Below are positions 48,232 to 58,287 of a stretch of DNA of 64,000 nt, one piece after another; the first letter of the stretch is position 1, and the number at the start of each line of letters is the position of its first letter. A model generated the notes under the pieces. That model saw nothing but the letters and a program-made list of their open reading frames with translations, was not told the origin of the DNA and ran no database searches. Origin of the DNA: Bacteroidia bacterium. GTDB taxonomy: Bacteria > Bacteroidota > Bacteroidia > NS11-12g > UBA9320. The DNA is taken from positions 8,099 to 72,098 of the forward strand of contig JADLGN010000016.1 of NCBI GenBank assembly GCA_020849295.1. The letters run 5' to 3'. Position numbers and translations under genes: made by a program.

Positions 48232-49449
48232 ATGACACAGGAAGAATTATTAAAATTTAAACAAAACCAAAAAATCAATGACCAGTTTAAGCAACCTGAT
48301 TTTTATGAAATAGATGATTTACTTACAGAAGAACATAAGCTAATACGTGATTCGATAAGAGATTGGGTTAAAAAAGAAATTTCACCGATAATTGACGTAT
48401 GTTGTCATGAGGCAATTTTTCCTGATTTTATTAAAAAAGGATTAGGTGAAATTGGCTGTTATGGACCCCAATTGCCGGTTGAATACGGATGTGGCGGACT
48501 TGATTATATTTCTTATGGACTTGCAATGCAGGAACTTGAAAGAGGAGACAGCGGAATTCGTTCTACAGCATCTGTTCAGGGCTCGCTTGTAATGTATCCG
48601 ATTTATAAGTTTGGTAGCGAAGAACAAAAAAGAAAATATTTGCCAAGACTTGCATCCGGCGAAATTATGGGATGTTTCGGGCTAACAGAACCCAATCATG
48701 GCTCAGATCCCGGAGCAATGATTACCCGAATTGAAGACAAGGGAGATTACTATTTGCTAAACGGAGCTAAAATGTGGATTTCGAATGCTCCATTTGCTGA
48801 TATAGCTGTAGTTTGGGCAAAAGACGAAAAAGGTATAGTGCGAGGATTGATAGCAGAACGCGGTATGGAAGGATTGTCAACTCCAGAGACACACAAAAAG
48901 TGGAGTTTGAGAGCCTCTGCTACAGGAGAGCTGGTATTTGACAATGTAAAAATTCCAAAAGAAAATATATTTCCAAATGTGCAAGGACTAAAAGGTCCTC
49001 TTACCTGCCTAAATTCTGCACGATACGGAATAAGCTGGGGAGTAGTTGGAGCAGCAATGGATTGCTACGATACAGCATTAAGATATAGTAAAGAAAGAAA
49101 ACAATTTGGTAAGTCAATTAGCGGTTTTCAATTGCAACAGAAAAAATTAGCAGAAATGCTTACTGATATTACAAAAGCCCAATTGATATGCTGGCGTTTA
49201 GGCACTTTAATGAATGAAGGCAAAGCAACACCATCACAAATAAGTCTTGCAAAAAGAAATAATGTAGATATGGCATTAAATGTAGCTCGAACAGCAAGAC
49301 AAATGCTAGGGGCAATGGGTATTACTGGAGATTACCCAATTATGCGACACATGATGAATTTAGAGTCAGTAGTTACCTATGAGGGCACTCACGATATTCA
49401 TCTGCTTATTTTAGGCTATGAAATTACAGGCGATAACGCATTCAATTAA
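48232..49449 (+). CDS. acyl-CoA dehydrogenase (glutaryl-CoA dehydrogenase-like)
   Basis: GCFGLTEPNHGSDPGAM, KMWISNAPFADIAVVWAK and YEGTHDIH blocks. 405 aa. Confidence 0.9.
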   Translation: MTQEELLKFKQNQKINDQFKQPDFYEIDDLLTEEHKLIRDSIRDWVKKEISPIIDVCCHEAIFPDFIKKGLGEIGCYGPQLPVEYGCGGLDYISYGLAMQELERGDSGIRSTASVQGSLVMYPIYKFGSEEQKRKYLPRLASGEIMGCFGLTEPNHGSDPGAMITRIEDKGDYYLLNGAKMWISNAPFADIAVVWAKDEKGIVRGLIAERGMEGLSTPETHKKWSLRASATGELVFDNVKIPKENIFPNVQGLKGPLTCLNSARYGISWGVVGAAMDCYDTALRYSKERKQFGKSISGFQLQQKKLAEMLTDITKAQLICWRLGTLMNEGKATPSQISLAKRNNVDMALNVARTARQMLGAMGITGDYPIMRHMMNLESVVTYEGTHDIHLLILGYEITGDNAFN

Positions 49450-50541
49450 TTGAGATATTTAAGAAATATTTGTGCTTTAGTTTTAATTATTGTTTCCTGC
49501 AAAATTTTTGCGGGACACATGAAATCATTTGATGCAACCAAAGTTCTATTAAGTGTAAATATTCATCAGCAACCAGACTCTCTTGGATATAATATAGTAA
49601 AAGAATTTCCTAAGTTTATTTACCCTAAAATTATGGACGGATTGATAAATTTATGGAACAATCCTAATAAAGAAATTAGAATAAGCCCTGCTACGCTTAC
49701 ACATATTCAAAAATCGAGCAATACTACTTTTGAGAGTTTAGAAAACCTGTTTATTCACGAGATATGGGAGTTGAATAATAATTACTTTGAGAAATCTATA
49801 ATTGGTTTTACCTTTATCAATAAAACCTCAGAAGGCAATGTTTCTTATGGCTTTGTTGATTATGAAGATGTAAAAAAACTACTTGAGAAAATAAACATAC
49901 CTTGTAATGCAAACGGATTTGTAAATATTTCTTATGAAGAAGTATTTAAAAACATGAAATTTAATTTTGCAATAGTTCAGTTTGGCAATGATGATTTTAA
50001 AGATAGTCCATTGAAATCATTAAAAATTAAAAAGTATATTTTTGAAAATCCTAAAATAAAATACTTGTCTGATATTAAGAAAAAATCAAAAATTAAACTT
50101 GTAAAGTTTGAAATATTGAACAATGATAGTTTGCAAAACAAGTTATTGTTTTCATCCGTTTCTGGTTTTTTTGAGGAAAATACAGATGAGTTGTATAATA
50201 AAGAAGCTGGAATTGACTCTAATTATTTTAAAAATAATCCGGAAATAGTATTTTCAAAAATTAAAGTAACTGAAGTAATAAAATATGATGAAGATGGAAT
50301 AATCAACAAAATTTCATCAGTGCAATTTGTAATGGAAAATTTAAGTTTACCATATTACACATCAGATATGATTAATAAAATTGGAATAACTGTTAATTTT
50401 AAACCATTAAATGAATTTTTGCTTGAAAAAGGTTATGAATTAAATATTACTCATGTAAATAATGAAGAAATTCAACCTTTTAAATCAAAAGAAATATTAA
50501 GTAAATTATTAAACGGAGATATAATTCTAGTAAAACACTAA
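49450..50541 (+). CDS. hypothetical lipoprotein with GldN-like sequence blocks
   Basis: The TTG start abuts the stop of the upstream gene. Signal peptide and lipobox (IIVSC). Blocks LFIHEIWELNNNYFEKSIIGFTF and ISYEEVFKNMKFNFAIVQ parallel YRIMEDWIFDHNYSDFRAKIIAIAP and LSFDDFFQMRMFSSYIVK of the GldN in this window. Confidence 0.35.
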   Translation: MRYLRNICALVLIIVSCKIFAGHMKSFDATKVLLSVNIHQQPDSLGYNIVKEFPKFIYPKIMDGLINLWNNPNKEIRISPATLTHIQKSSNTTFESLENLFIHEIWELNNNYFEKSIIGFTFINKTSEGNVSYGFVDYEDVKKLLEKINIPCNANGFVNISYEEVFKNMKFNFAIVQFGNDDFKDSPLKSLKIKKYIFENPKIKYLSDIKKKSKIKLVKFEILNNDSLQNKLLFSSVSGFFEENTDELYNKEAGIDSNYFKNNPEIVFSKIKVTEVIKYDEDGIINKISSVQFVMENLSLPYYTSDMINKIGITVNFKPLNEFLLEKGYELNITHVNNEEIQPFKSKEILSKLLNGDIILVKH

Positions 50542-50550
50542 AAAAATTAA

Positions 50551-51954
50551 ATGACAAAAATAAAATTTGGAACTGACGGATGGAGAGCAATAATAGCTCG
50601 TGAATTTACAGAATACAATGTAATGAGAGTGGCAGAAGGAACTGCATTGTGGATACTCGATAAAAAAAGTAAAAACCCTGCTGTTATTATAGGTTACGAT
50701 TGCCGTTTTGGAGGCGAAATGTTTATGAAAGCATGTGCAAGAGTATTTTCATTTCATAAAATAAAATGTATAGTGTCACACAGTTTTGCAAGTACACCAA
50801 TGGTTTCGCTTGCCACTTTGCAATATAAAGCAGATGCTGGAATTGTAATTACAGCAAGTCATAATCCACCAGAATACAATGGATATAAAATTAAGGATTC
50901 ATTTGGAGGCCCTGCTGTACCAGAAGAAATAAGTAAAGTAGAAAACTATATTCCTAATGAATTATCAAATAATTACAACACTTTTGATTTTTATGTAAGT
51001 GATGGTTTAGTAGTGTTTGAAGATTTAGAAAAAAACTATATTGAAAAAGTAAGAAATGAGATAAATATAAAATCAATTCTTAATTCAAACATAGAAATTG
51101 CTTATGATGCAATGTATGGAGCAGGGCAAAGTGCAATGAGAAAACTATTGCCAGATGCTACATTTTTGCATTGTGAAAGAAATCCGGGATTTGACGGACA
51201 AGCTCCTGAACCAATACACAAAAACTTATCAGAATTATCAAGCCTAATTTCAATAGCCGAAGATATTGATATAGGAATTGCAACAGATGGAGATGCAGAT
51301 AGAATAGGACTATATGACAATAAAGGAAGTTTTATTGATTCGCATCATATAATTTTACTGCTGATACAGTATTTGCACAAGTACAAGGGACTAAAAGGAA
51401 AGGTTGTAAACAGTTTTAGTTGTACTTCAAGAATTGCTAAATTGTGCAAACATTATGGGCTTGAGCAAGAAATAACAAAAATTGGCTTTAAATATATTTG
51501 TGATAAAATAATAAGCGAAGATGTACTTGTAGGAGGTGAAGAATCTGGAGGTATAGCTATAAAAGGTCATATCCCTGAAAGAGATGGAATATGGATAGGT
51601 CTTGCCATTTTAGAATTTATGACTTTAACAGGTAAAAGTATTAGCGAGCTTATAGAAGAAATTTATGAAATTACCGGCAAATTTGCACTCGAAAGATACG
51701 ATTTGCATATTGATGAAACAATTAAGAAAAGAGTAATTGATGCTTGTGAAAGTAAAGCGTATAAAAATTTTGGAGAATATCAAATTCAATCAGAAGAAGA
51801 TATTGACGGATACAAATATTACCTTAGTAATAATTGTTGGGTTATGATAAGACCATCAGGAACAGAGCCTGTTTTAAGAATATATGCAGAAGCTGAAAAT
51901 TCTGAAGAAGCTTTTCAAATTCTTGAAAATACGAAGAATGAAATATTGAAATAA
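50551..51954 (+). CDS. phosphoglucomutase/phosphomannomutase family protein
   Basis: GTDGWR, active-site ITASHNPPEYNGYK, metal site ATDGDADR, and GGEESGG. Confidence 0.85.
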   Translation: MTKIKFGTDGWRAIIAREFTEYNVMRVAEGTALWILDKKSKNPAVIIGYDCRFGGEMFMKACARVFSFHKIKCIVSHSFASTPMVSLATLQYKADAGIVITASHNPPEYNGYKIKDSFGGPAVPEEISKVENYIPNELSNNYNTFDFYVSDGLVVFEDLEKNYIEKVRNEINIKSILNSNIEIAYDAMYGAGQSAMRKLLPDATFLHCERNPGFDGQAPEPIHKNLSELSSLISIAEDIDIGIATDGDADRIGLYDNKGSFIDSHHIILLLIQYLHKYKGLKGKVVNSFSCTSRIAKLCKHYGLEQEITKIGFKYICDKIISEDVLVGGEESGGIAIKGHIPERDGIWIGLAILEFMTLTGKSISELIEEIYEITGKFALERYDLHIDETIKKRVIDACESKAYKNFGEYQIQSEEDIDGYKYYLSNNCWVMIRPSGTEPVLRIYAEAENSEEAFQILENTKNEILK

Positions 51955-51962
51955 TATTTTCA

Positions 51963-52895
51963 ATGACTTTGTTTTCTAAAATAAGACTTAAACAATACAC
52001 AAAATTTTACATTCTAATTTTACTTTTATTATTTATCAAATATGCTAAATCAACAAATTTCTCACATGATACTTTAAAAAGAAAGAAAATAATGGTTTCT
52101 TCATTGGGAGTTGTTTATTTTTCTAATATGGGGGCATTATACAACCTTTGGTATAAAGATTATAAAAACTCAAAATTTCATTTTTATAATGATGGAAGAC
52201 AATGGCATGGATTAGATAAAGCAGGTCATACTTTTAGTGCTTATGTTGAAGCAAAATTCAGTTCTAAAATGCTTGAATGGTCGGGTTTTTCACATCGTAA
52301 ATCAGTAATTATGGGTTGTGCCTACAGTTTTATTTATCAAACAACATTCGAAATTTTTGATGGATTTTCTGACGAATGGGGATTTTCAGTCTATGATGTT
52401 GCAGCAAATACTTTTGGTACTGGGCTTGTTTTATCTCAACAATTATTTTGGAATGAAAATAGGATTTCTGTTAAATATTCATATTTCCCATCTTCAATAA
52501 GAAAAGTAAGACCTGATATTTTCGGTAAAAATTTTTATGAAAATTTATTAAAAGATTACAACGGACAAACTTATTGGATAAATGTAAATCCTCATTCTTT
52601 TTACAAAAATAGTAAATTGCCTGAATGGCTCGATTTTTCTATTGGTTATGGTGCAAAAAATATGTACGGCGGCGATGATAATATATGGCTAAAAGATGAC
52701 AAACAATACAATTATTCAATTATTAAGAGAAAATCGCAGTTTTATATTAGCCCTGATATTAATCTGGAAAAACTGAAAGTGAAAAAAAGATGGCAAAAAA
52801 TAGCTTTAAGTATTCTCAACTCTTACAAAGTTCCATTACCTGCAATCAGTTATACTAATGGTGAAGGATTTAAGTTTATCCCAATTATGTTTTAA
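51963..52895 (+). CDS. DUF2279 domain protein
   Basis: 310 aa, signal/anchor, and DKAGHTFSAY motif typical of DUF2279 lipoprotein-like proteins. Confidence 0.55.
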   Translation: MTLFSKIRLKQYTKFYILILLLLFIKYAKSTNFSHDTLKRKKIMVSSLGVVYFSNMGALYNLWYKDYKNSKFHFYNDGRQWHGLDKAGHTFSAYVEAKFSSKMLEWSGFSHRKSVIMGCAYSFIYQTTFEIFDGFSDEWGFSVYDVAANTFGTGLVLSQQLFWNENRISVKYSYFPSSIRKVRPDIFGKNFYENLLKDYNGQTYWINVNPHSFYKNSKLPEWLDFSIGYGAKNMYGGDDNIWLKDDKQYNYSIIKRKSQFYISPDINLEKLKVKKRWQKIALSILNSYKVPLPAISYTNGEGFKFIPIMF

Positions 52896-53391
52896 TTTTT
52901 GATTTGTTCTTTTTTTTAAAAGTTGACTGACCAATAGTTAGTCGAGCACTAAATACATTTTTGCCGGTTTGATTAAGCTTGTCAATAATATAAAAATTAT
53001 ATCCGTAAGCAAGGTCAATCATACCTGCAAGTGATAATCCTATTTCTGGACGAAATGCTAAAGCTGATTTTTCAAAATTTGTGTAGTACAATGCTTGAGC
53101 AGCAACAGTTCCGGCAACGGCTGACCACGAATAGCCGATCTTAAAACCAGTAATTGTTTTTTGAGGAGTATTAAATAAAATTTCACTGCATATATGATAA
53201 TTTCTGTATATAAGCGAACCCAATTCATCTCCCCTTGAACCATGGCCAATTCCAATCTCAATGGCATGATACTTTTGGTATTGATAACCGATAGTAATAT
53301 CAAAGCCGCTGTTTCCATAATTTTGGGCATTTGATTTTAATGATATCAGTTGAATAAGTATTAAAATTAAACTAAAACAGACTATTTTCAT
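52885..53391 (-). CDS. small predicted outer-membrane beta-barrel protein
   Basis: Signal peptide (SNAQ) and about 8 amphipathic strands rich in G/Y. No family recognised. Confidence 0.35.
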   Translation of the reverse strand: MKIVCFSLILILIQLISLKSNAQNYGNSGFDITIGYQYQKYHAIEIGIGHGSRGDELGSLIYRNYHICSEILFNTPQKTITGFKIGYSWSAVAGTVAAQALYYTNFEKSALAFRPEIGLSLAGMIDLAYGYNFYIIDKLNQTGKNVFSARLTIGQSTFKKKNKSKIKT

Positions 53392-53446
53392 TTTTATTTT
53401 TTATACTAAATCCATTAAGAAATGAATTGGTAAAATCTAAATAAAA

Positions 53447-53839
53447 TTATTTTTTAGATTTATTTGATAAAGTATATTTAATAGCAAAAAAAGATAATAT
53501 CAAAAACGGAGTTGTAGAAACAACAATTTTGAAATTTTTACTTAAAATTCCTACAAACAGAATTAATAAATACAAAATTCCTATTGAAGCTATTGCCGAA
53601 AATACAAGTTTAGCTTTAGGTTGTTTTTGAAATAAAGAAATGATAAGTAAAATTTGTCCTACCATAGGTATTATAGTTAATGGATGAACTACTGATACAG
53701 GGTTTGAAAACAATTTTGATATTATCAAATATTCTGCTTCAAAAAGAAAAGTATTATTAAATTTACTCCATTCAAGATACCCCAACAAAGAAGCAATTAG
53801 TAAGCCAATTAAAATTAATTTGTAGTTTGCAGTATTCAT
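53447..53839 (-). CDS. hypothetical integral membrane protein (4 predicted TM helices)
   Basis: Hydrophobic segments only. No family recognised. Confidence 0.35.
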   Translation of the reverse strand: MNTANYKLILIGLLIASLLGYLEWSKFNNTFLFEAEYLIISKLFSNPVSVVHPLTIIPMVGQILLIISLFQKQPKAKLVFSAIASIGILYLLILFVGILSKNFKIVVSTTPFLILSFFAIKYTLSNKSKK

Positions 53840-53859
53840 AAATTAAAGAGAAATAAAAA

Positions 53860-53867
53860 CAAATTTA
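53860..53867 (-). promoter_or_regulatory. candidate -7 element (TAAATTTG on the minus strand)
   Basis: Plus-strand CAAATTTA, 21 nt upstream of the ATG at 53839, in the 41-nt spacer after clpX. Confidence 0.3.
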
Positions 53868-53880
53868 AATAAAAATACTT

Positions 53881-55089
53881 TTATGCAGCCTGCTCAAAGA
53901 ATTTTGAAACTTTTTGTAAAGCAAAACTCATTTCTATTTCCACTTTATTATTTTTTGATGAAGGAGCATCATACATAGCATCAATAAAAATTGATTCACA
54001 AATACTTCTTAATCCTCTTGCACCGAGCTTACAGTTGTATGCTGTATTTACAATCAAATCAATAATATCGTCAGAAATGATTAATTCTTTATTTTCAAGC
54101 TCAAATATTTTTTTATATTGTTTAATCAATGCATTTTTTGGCTCTGTAAGAATTCTTTTTAAGGTATCTTTATCAAGAGGCTGAAGCGTAGTAAGTACAG
54201 GCAAACGCCCAATAATTTCAGGGATTAATCCATATTTACGCAAATCTGATGCTGATACATTTTCAAGTGAATTTTCGGTTTTTATTTTATTTGTTTTTGC
54301 TTTAAAACCAAGAGAATTTTTATTTAATCGTCTTTCAATAATTTTTAAAATACCTTCAAAAGCACCACCGCAAATAAATAAAATATTTGAAGTATCAACA
54401 GCAATATATTTTTGCTCGGGATGTTTTCTGCCACCCATTGGAGGGACATTAGTTATTGTTCCTTCAAGTAATTTTAATAATGATTGCTGAACGCCTTCTC
54501 CAGAAACATCGCGTGTAATTGAAGGATTATCTGACTTGCGTGAAATCTTGTCAATTTCATCAATATATACTATTCCTTTTTGTGCTGCTTCAACATTATA
54601 ATCAGATGCCTGAAGTAATCTTGTAATTATACTTTCTACGTCTTCACCTACATAGCCGGCTTCGGTTAGTACAGTAGCGTCGGCAATACAAAATGGTACA
54701 TCTAAAATTTTTGCCAGAGTTTTAGCAAGTAAAGTTTTGCCTGTTCCGGTTTCACCAATGAGCAATATATTGCTTTTTTCAAGTTCAACATCATTGTCGT
54801 TTTCATAATTTAGCCTTTTATAATGATTGTAAACAGCAACTGAAAGAGTTTTTTTTGCTTCGTCCTGTCCAATTACCCATTGGTCTAAGTGTTCCTTGAT
54901 TTCTTTTGGAAGTTTTATTTTTTGCTGTACCGCTTTGCTTTTGTTTTTTTTCTTCGAATTATTGTTTTCGTCAATAATTGAAACAGCCTGCATTACACAA
55001 TCATCACAAATATTACTGTCAATTCCTGTTATTAGTATCCCTACCTGATTTTTAGGTCTTCCACAAAACGAACAGTTTAAATTTGCCAT
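53881..55089 (-). CDS. clpX: ATP-dependent Clp protease ATP-binding subunit ClpX
   Basis: N-terminal zinc finger CSFCGR...CDDC, Walker [25 protein letters not shown], and sensor motifs. Confidence 0.95.
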   Translation of the reverse strand: MANLNCSFCGRPKNQVGILITGIDSNICDDCVMQAVSIIDENNNSKKKNKSKAVQQKIKLPKEIKEHLDQWVIGQDEAKKTLSVAVYNHYKRLNYENDNDVELEKSNILLIGETGTGKTLLAKTLAKILDVPFCIADATVLTEAGYVGEDVESIITRLLQASDYNVEAAQKGIVYIDEIDKISRKSDNPSITRDVSGEGVQQSLLKLLEGTITNVPPMGGRKHPEQKYIAVDTSNILFICGGAFEGILKIIERRLNKNSLGFKAKTNKIKTENSLENVSASDLRKYGLIPEIIGRLPVLTTLQPLDKDTLKRILTEPKNALIKQYKKIFELENKELIISDDIIDLIVNTAYNCKLGARGLRSICESIFIDAMYDAPSSKNNKVEIEMSFALQKVSKFFEQAA

Positions 55090-55098
55090 GAGAAATAA

Positions 55099-55764
55099 TT
55101 AAACAACCTTTTTAATCAAAATTTCGTCAACTATACCATATTCTTTGGCTTCTTCTGAAGTAAGCCAATAATCGCGGTCTGCATCTTTTTCTATTTTTTT
55201 GTAAGGCTGCCCTGTGTGAAATACAAGAATATCATAAAGTTCTTTTTTTAGTTTTTGTATTTCTTTTACAGTAATTTCCATATCCGATGCCTGCCCTTGA
55301 GCTCCTCCAAGTGGTTGATGTATCATTACTCTTGAATGTTTTAATGCTGTGCGTTTTCCTTTTGCACCTGCACACATTAAAACAGCTCCCATACTTGCAG
55401 CTATTCCGGTACAAATAGTGCTAATGTCACTACTTATATATTGCATGGTGTCATATATTCCAAGTCCAGCATAAACAGAACCGCCAGGAGAATTGATATA
55501 AATTTGAATATCTCTGCCGGGGTTTGTAGAATCTAAAAATAATAACTGACCAATTACTATATTAGCTACTTGGTCGTCAATACCTGTTCCAAGAAAAATA
55601 ATTCTGTCCATCATCAATCTTGAAAAAATATCCATTTGAGATACTCTCATTTCTCTTTCTTCGAGAATGTATGGAGTCATATTTTCAATATAGTGGTCAA
55701 CAAGACTGCTGCTTATGCCTAAATGTTTTACTGCGTATTTTCTAAATTCTTTTCCGTTGTTCAT
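55099..55764 (-). CDS. clpP: ATP-dependent Clp protease proteolytic subunit ClpP
   Basis: INSPGGSVYAGLGIYDTMQ, GIAASMGAVL (catalytic Ser), and MIHQPLGG (His). Confidence 0.95.
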   Translation of the reverse strand: MNNGKEFRKYAVKHLGISSSLVDHYIENMTPYILEEREMRVSQMDIFSRLMMDRIIFLGTGIDDQVANIVIGQLLFLDSTNPGRDIQIYINSPGGSVYAGLGIYDTMQYISSDISTICTGIAASMGAVLMCAGAKGKRTALKHSRVMIHQPLGGAQGQASDMEITVKEIQKLKKELYDILVFHTGQPYKKIEKDADRDYWLTSEEAKEYGIVDEILIKKVV

Positions 55765-55767
55765 TTT

Positions 55768-57147
55768 TTAATGATTATGTTGGTGATTGTGTTTATTAAT
55801 AATTTCATAAAATCCTACTACAGTAGTTGGCTCTTCGGCAACTGTTACAATGTTTTTCAACTGATTAATTACAGCTCTTTGAAAAGCAATTTCACCTACT
55901 TTGTCCATAAATCTTTTATCTTTTTTCTGTTTTTCGGCAAATTCTTTTACCCATTCAAAGTCAGGATTTGGTATCCCATAGTTTCTAAGTAAACTGGCAG
56001 AATAACCTATTGCAGTTTGATTAAGCTCTTCGTCGCTTACTTCAATACCAAATAAATTAATGGCTTTTTCTTGTATAAGTTGATATCTTAATCCATTTGA
56101 TTCAACTTCGTATTTTTTATCTGTGTTTTCTGGAGTATAAGTGTCGGGGTGTGCTGCCGAAAGCCATTTTTTCAAAAATTCATCTGGCAAACTAAATGTA
56201 TGTTTGTCCATAATAAGATGTTCTAATTCATGTTCAAAATGATGTTCGCTTTCGTATTTGTAATATGTTTCGGCATTTTCTTTAACTTTTGTCCTAAATG
56301 TATTTTCGTCTGTTACTACATTTTCGCCATACACCTTATCAAACAATTCTTGATTAATTTCTGATGGAGAAAATTTTTGAATATTTTTAATTTCTGCTTC
56401 AAAATCTGAACTCAAATCAGCAATTCCCTCTTTTGGTATTGAAGTTATAGAACATATCATAGTTTCATTTCCATTAAATAATTTTTGTAAATTAACAATA
56501 ATTTTATCTCCGTTTTTTACTCCTGCAAAAAGTTTCTTGGTTTCTTCATCATTTATAAGTTCTGGAATAACAGTAGTTTCTTTGCCGGATACTCCGCCTT
56601 CTATTGGCTTTTGATTACTGTCTAATTCTGTAAGAACAACCAAAATACTGTCGTTTTCAGATTCACTTACATCAATTTTTTCTAATATACCATAGCGTTT
56701 ACAAAGATTAGTTATTTCATCATCTATATCTTTTTCACCTACTTCTATTACATACTTTTTTACTGTATCTTTATCTGTTATATTAAATTCAAATTCAGGA
56801 GCAAGACCTAAATCAAAACTAAATTTAAAATCCTCATTTGTTTCAATATTTATGTCAGACTTTTCATCAATAAGCAAGGGCTGACCTAAAATATCAATTT
56901 TATTTTCCTTTAAGTAATTGTATAGTTTGTCTGTGGCAAGTTTATTAACTTCTTCTGCCATAATTGGCTTACCATACAGTTTTTTTAACATGCCAATAGG
57001 AGCTGTTCCCGGTCTGAATCCTGGGATATTAGCTTTTTTTCTGTAATTTTTTAATTGCTCGTCAACTTTTGACTCGTAATCTTCTTTTCTTAGTTCAACA
57101 GTAAGAACAGCATTGAGTTCTCCGGTTTTATCGTATGTTATGTTCAC
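55768..57147 (-). CDS. tig: trigger factor with a His-rich C-terminal tail
   Basis: N-terminal ribosome-binding block GFRPGTAPIGMLKK and family architecture. GTG start at 57145-57147. Ends ...NKHNHQHNH. Confidence 0.9.
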   Translation of the reverse strand: MNITYDKTGELNAVLTVELRKEDYESKVDEQLKNYRKKANIPGFRPGTAPIGMLKKLYGKPIMAEEVNKLATDKLYNYLKENKIDILGQPLLIDEKSDINIETNEDFKFSFDLGLAPEFEFNITDKDTVKKYVIEVGEKDIDDEITNLCKRYGILEKIDVSESENDSILVVLTELDSNQKPIEGGVSGKETTVIPELINDEETKKLFAGVKNGDKIIVNLQKLFNGNETMICSITSIPKEGIADLSSDFEAEIKNIQKFSPSEINQELFDKVYGENVVTDENTFRTKVKENAETYYKYESEHHFEHELEHLIMDKHTFSLPDEFLKKWLSAAHPDTYTPENTDKKYEVESNGLRYQLIQEKAINLFGIEVSDEELNQTAIGYSASLLRNYGIPNPDFEWVKEFAEKQKKDKRFMDKVGEIAFQRAVINQLKNIVTVAEEPTTVVGFYEIINKHNHQHNH

Positions 57148-57164
57148 TTTTTTATTTTATGTTG

Positions 57165-57172
57165 CAAAATTA
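57165..57172 (-). promoter_or_regulatory. candidate -7 element (TAATTTTG on the minus strand) for tig-clpP-clpX
   Basis: Plus-strand CAAAATTA, 18 nt upstream of the tig GTG start. Confidence 0.35.
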
Positions 57173-57218
57173 AATTTAAACAAAAGGCTTTCCAAATCAT
57201 TCAATATATGATAATATG

Positions 57219-57830
57219 TCATATCTCGATAAAATATGTTGTTATACCTAATAAAATCAATATAAGACCTGTAATTTTCTTTTCGTTGTGTTCAAGAAAA
57301 TGAAAATTAAATTTTTCTATAGTTTTTTTTCCTGATAGTGTTAAAATAGTAATTCCAACTATTGTAATTGTAAAATAAATTAAAGAAACAAATAAAATCC
57401 CTTTCCATCCATAAGTACCGGCTTGAAAAAATAAAGTTTCTATTTCGAGGCATGGTGAAAAAAACATTGTAATAGCCATTGAAAACATTATTTTTTCGAA
57501 TGAATGTGTTTTGAATTTTGCCTTTTTTTCATGGTGATGTTCATGTCCGAAACTAAAGTATATAATTCCAAACAAAATTAAGAGTAACGGGGCAAACCAA
57601 CTGGTGAATTCACTCATTTTAGTTGCAGCTTCCATCCCTATTAGACCAATAAGCACACCAAGTAATATTGTTCCGATTGAATGGGCAAAACTAACAAGTA
57701 ATGAGCTTTTGAGTGTTTGCTTCTTAGTCCATTTTTCACTTTTTGAAAGTAATGCTAAACTTAACCAATGATGAGGAATTAAAGCATGTACCGAACTTAA
57801 TATAATGCTAAAAAAAATTAATTGTAGCAT
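57219..57830 (-). CDS. His-rich integral membrane protein, putative divalent-metal transporter (NicO/UreH-like)
   Basis: Six predicted TM helices, an HALIPHHW motif in TM1, and a central loop GHEHHHEKK. Confidence 0.4.
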   Translation of the reverse strand: MLQLIFFSIILSSVHALIPHHWLSLALLSKSEKWTKKQTLKSSLLVSFAHSIGTILLGVLIGLIGMEAATKMSEFTSWFAPLLLILFGIIYFSFGHEHHHEKKAKFKTHSFEKIMFSMAITMFFSPCLEIETLFFQAGTYGWKGILFVSLIYFTITIVGITILTLSGKKTIEKFNFHFLEHNEKKITGLILILLGITTYFIEI

Positions 57831-57847
57831 TTAAAAATTATTAAAAC

Positions 57848-58252
57848 CTAAGCTCCAATTTGCTTTTTGAGATTTTGTACTTGATTTTCCCAAATCAATT
57901 CCATTTCATCTGCATCTTCTTCGTCTGCAAAGTCATAAATGATTAGTGCCAAATCATCAGTAATTTCATCTTTATGGATAATAAATTCAAGAAATTCATT
58001 TGGGTAAGAAACATCTAACATCTTAAATTTAACATGTTTTTTATTGATATTTTTTACTAACTCGGCTTCTCTTTCTTCTCCATCTTCCCAACGAAATGTA
58101 TATTTATTGCCATGAACCGAAACATCTTCTGCAAACCATGTTGATAAACCTGAAGGTGATGAAATATAGTTGTATAATGTATTAACAGAACAATGCATTG
58201 GAAATTCCAATTCAATTTTTTGTCTCTTTACGTTTATTTTAGAACTTTGCAT
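57848..58252 (-). CDS. START-like (SRPBCC/AHSA1-type) domain protein
   Basis: LYNYISSPSGLSTWFAEDV...YTFRWEDGEE pattern. ATG at 58252 (MQSSK) preferred over the track start at 58312. Confidence 0.6.
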   Translation of the reverse strand: MQSSKINVKRQKIELEFPMHCSVNTLYNYISSPSGLSTWFAEDVSVHGNKYTFRWEDGEEREAELVKNINKKHVKFKMLDVSYPNEFLEFIIHKDEITDDLALIIYDFADEEDADEMELIWENQVQNLKKQIGA

Positions 58253-58287
58253 TTTGAAATAATAATCCTTTTTAAGTTTTAAAAAGT

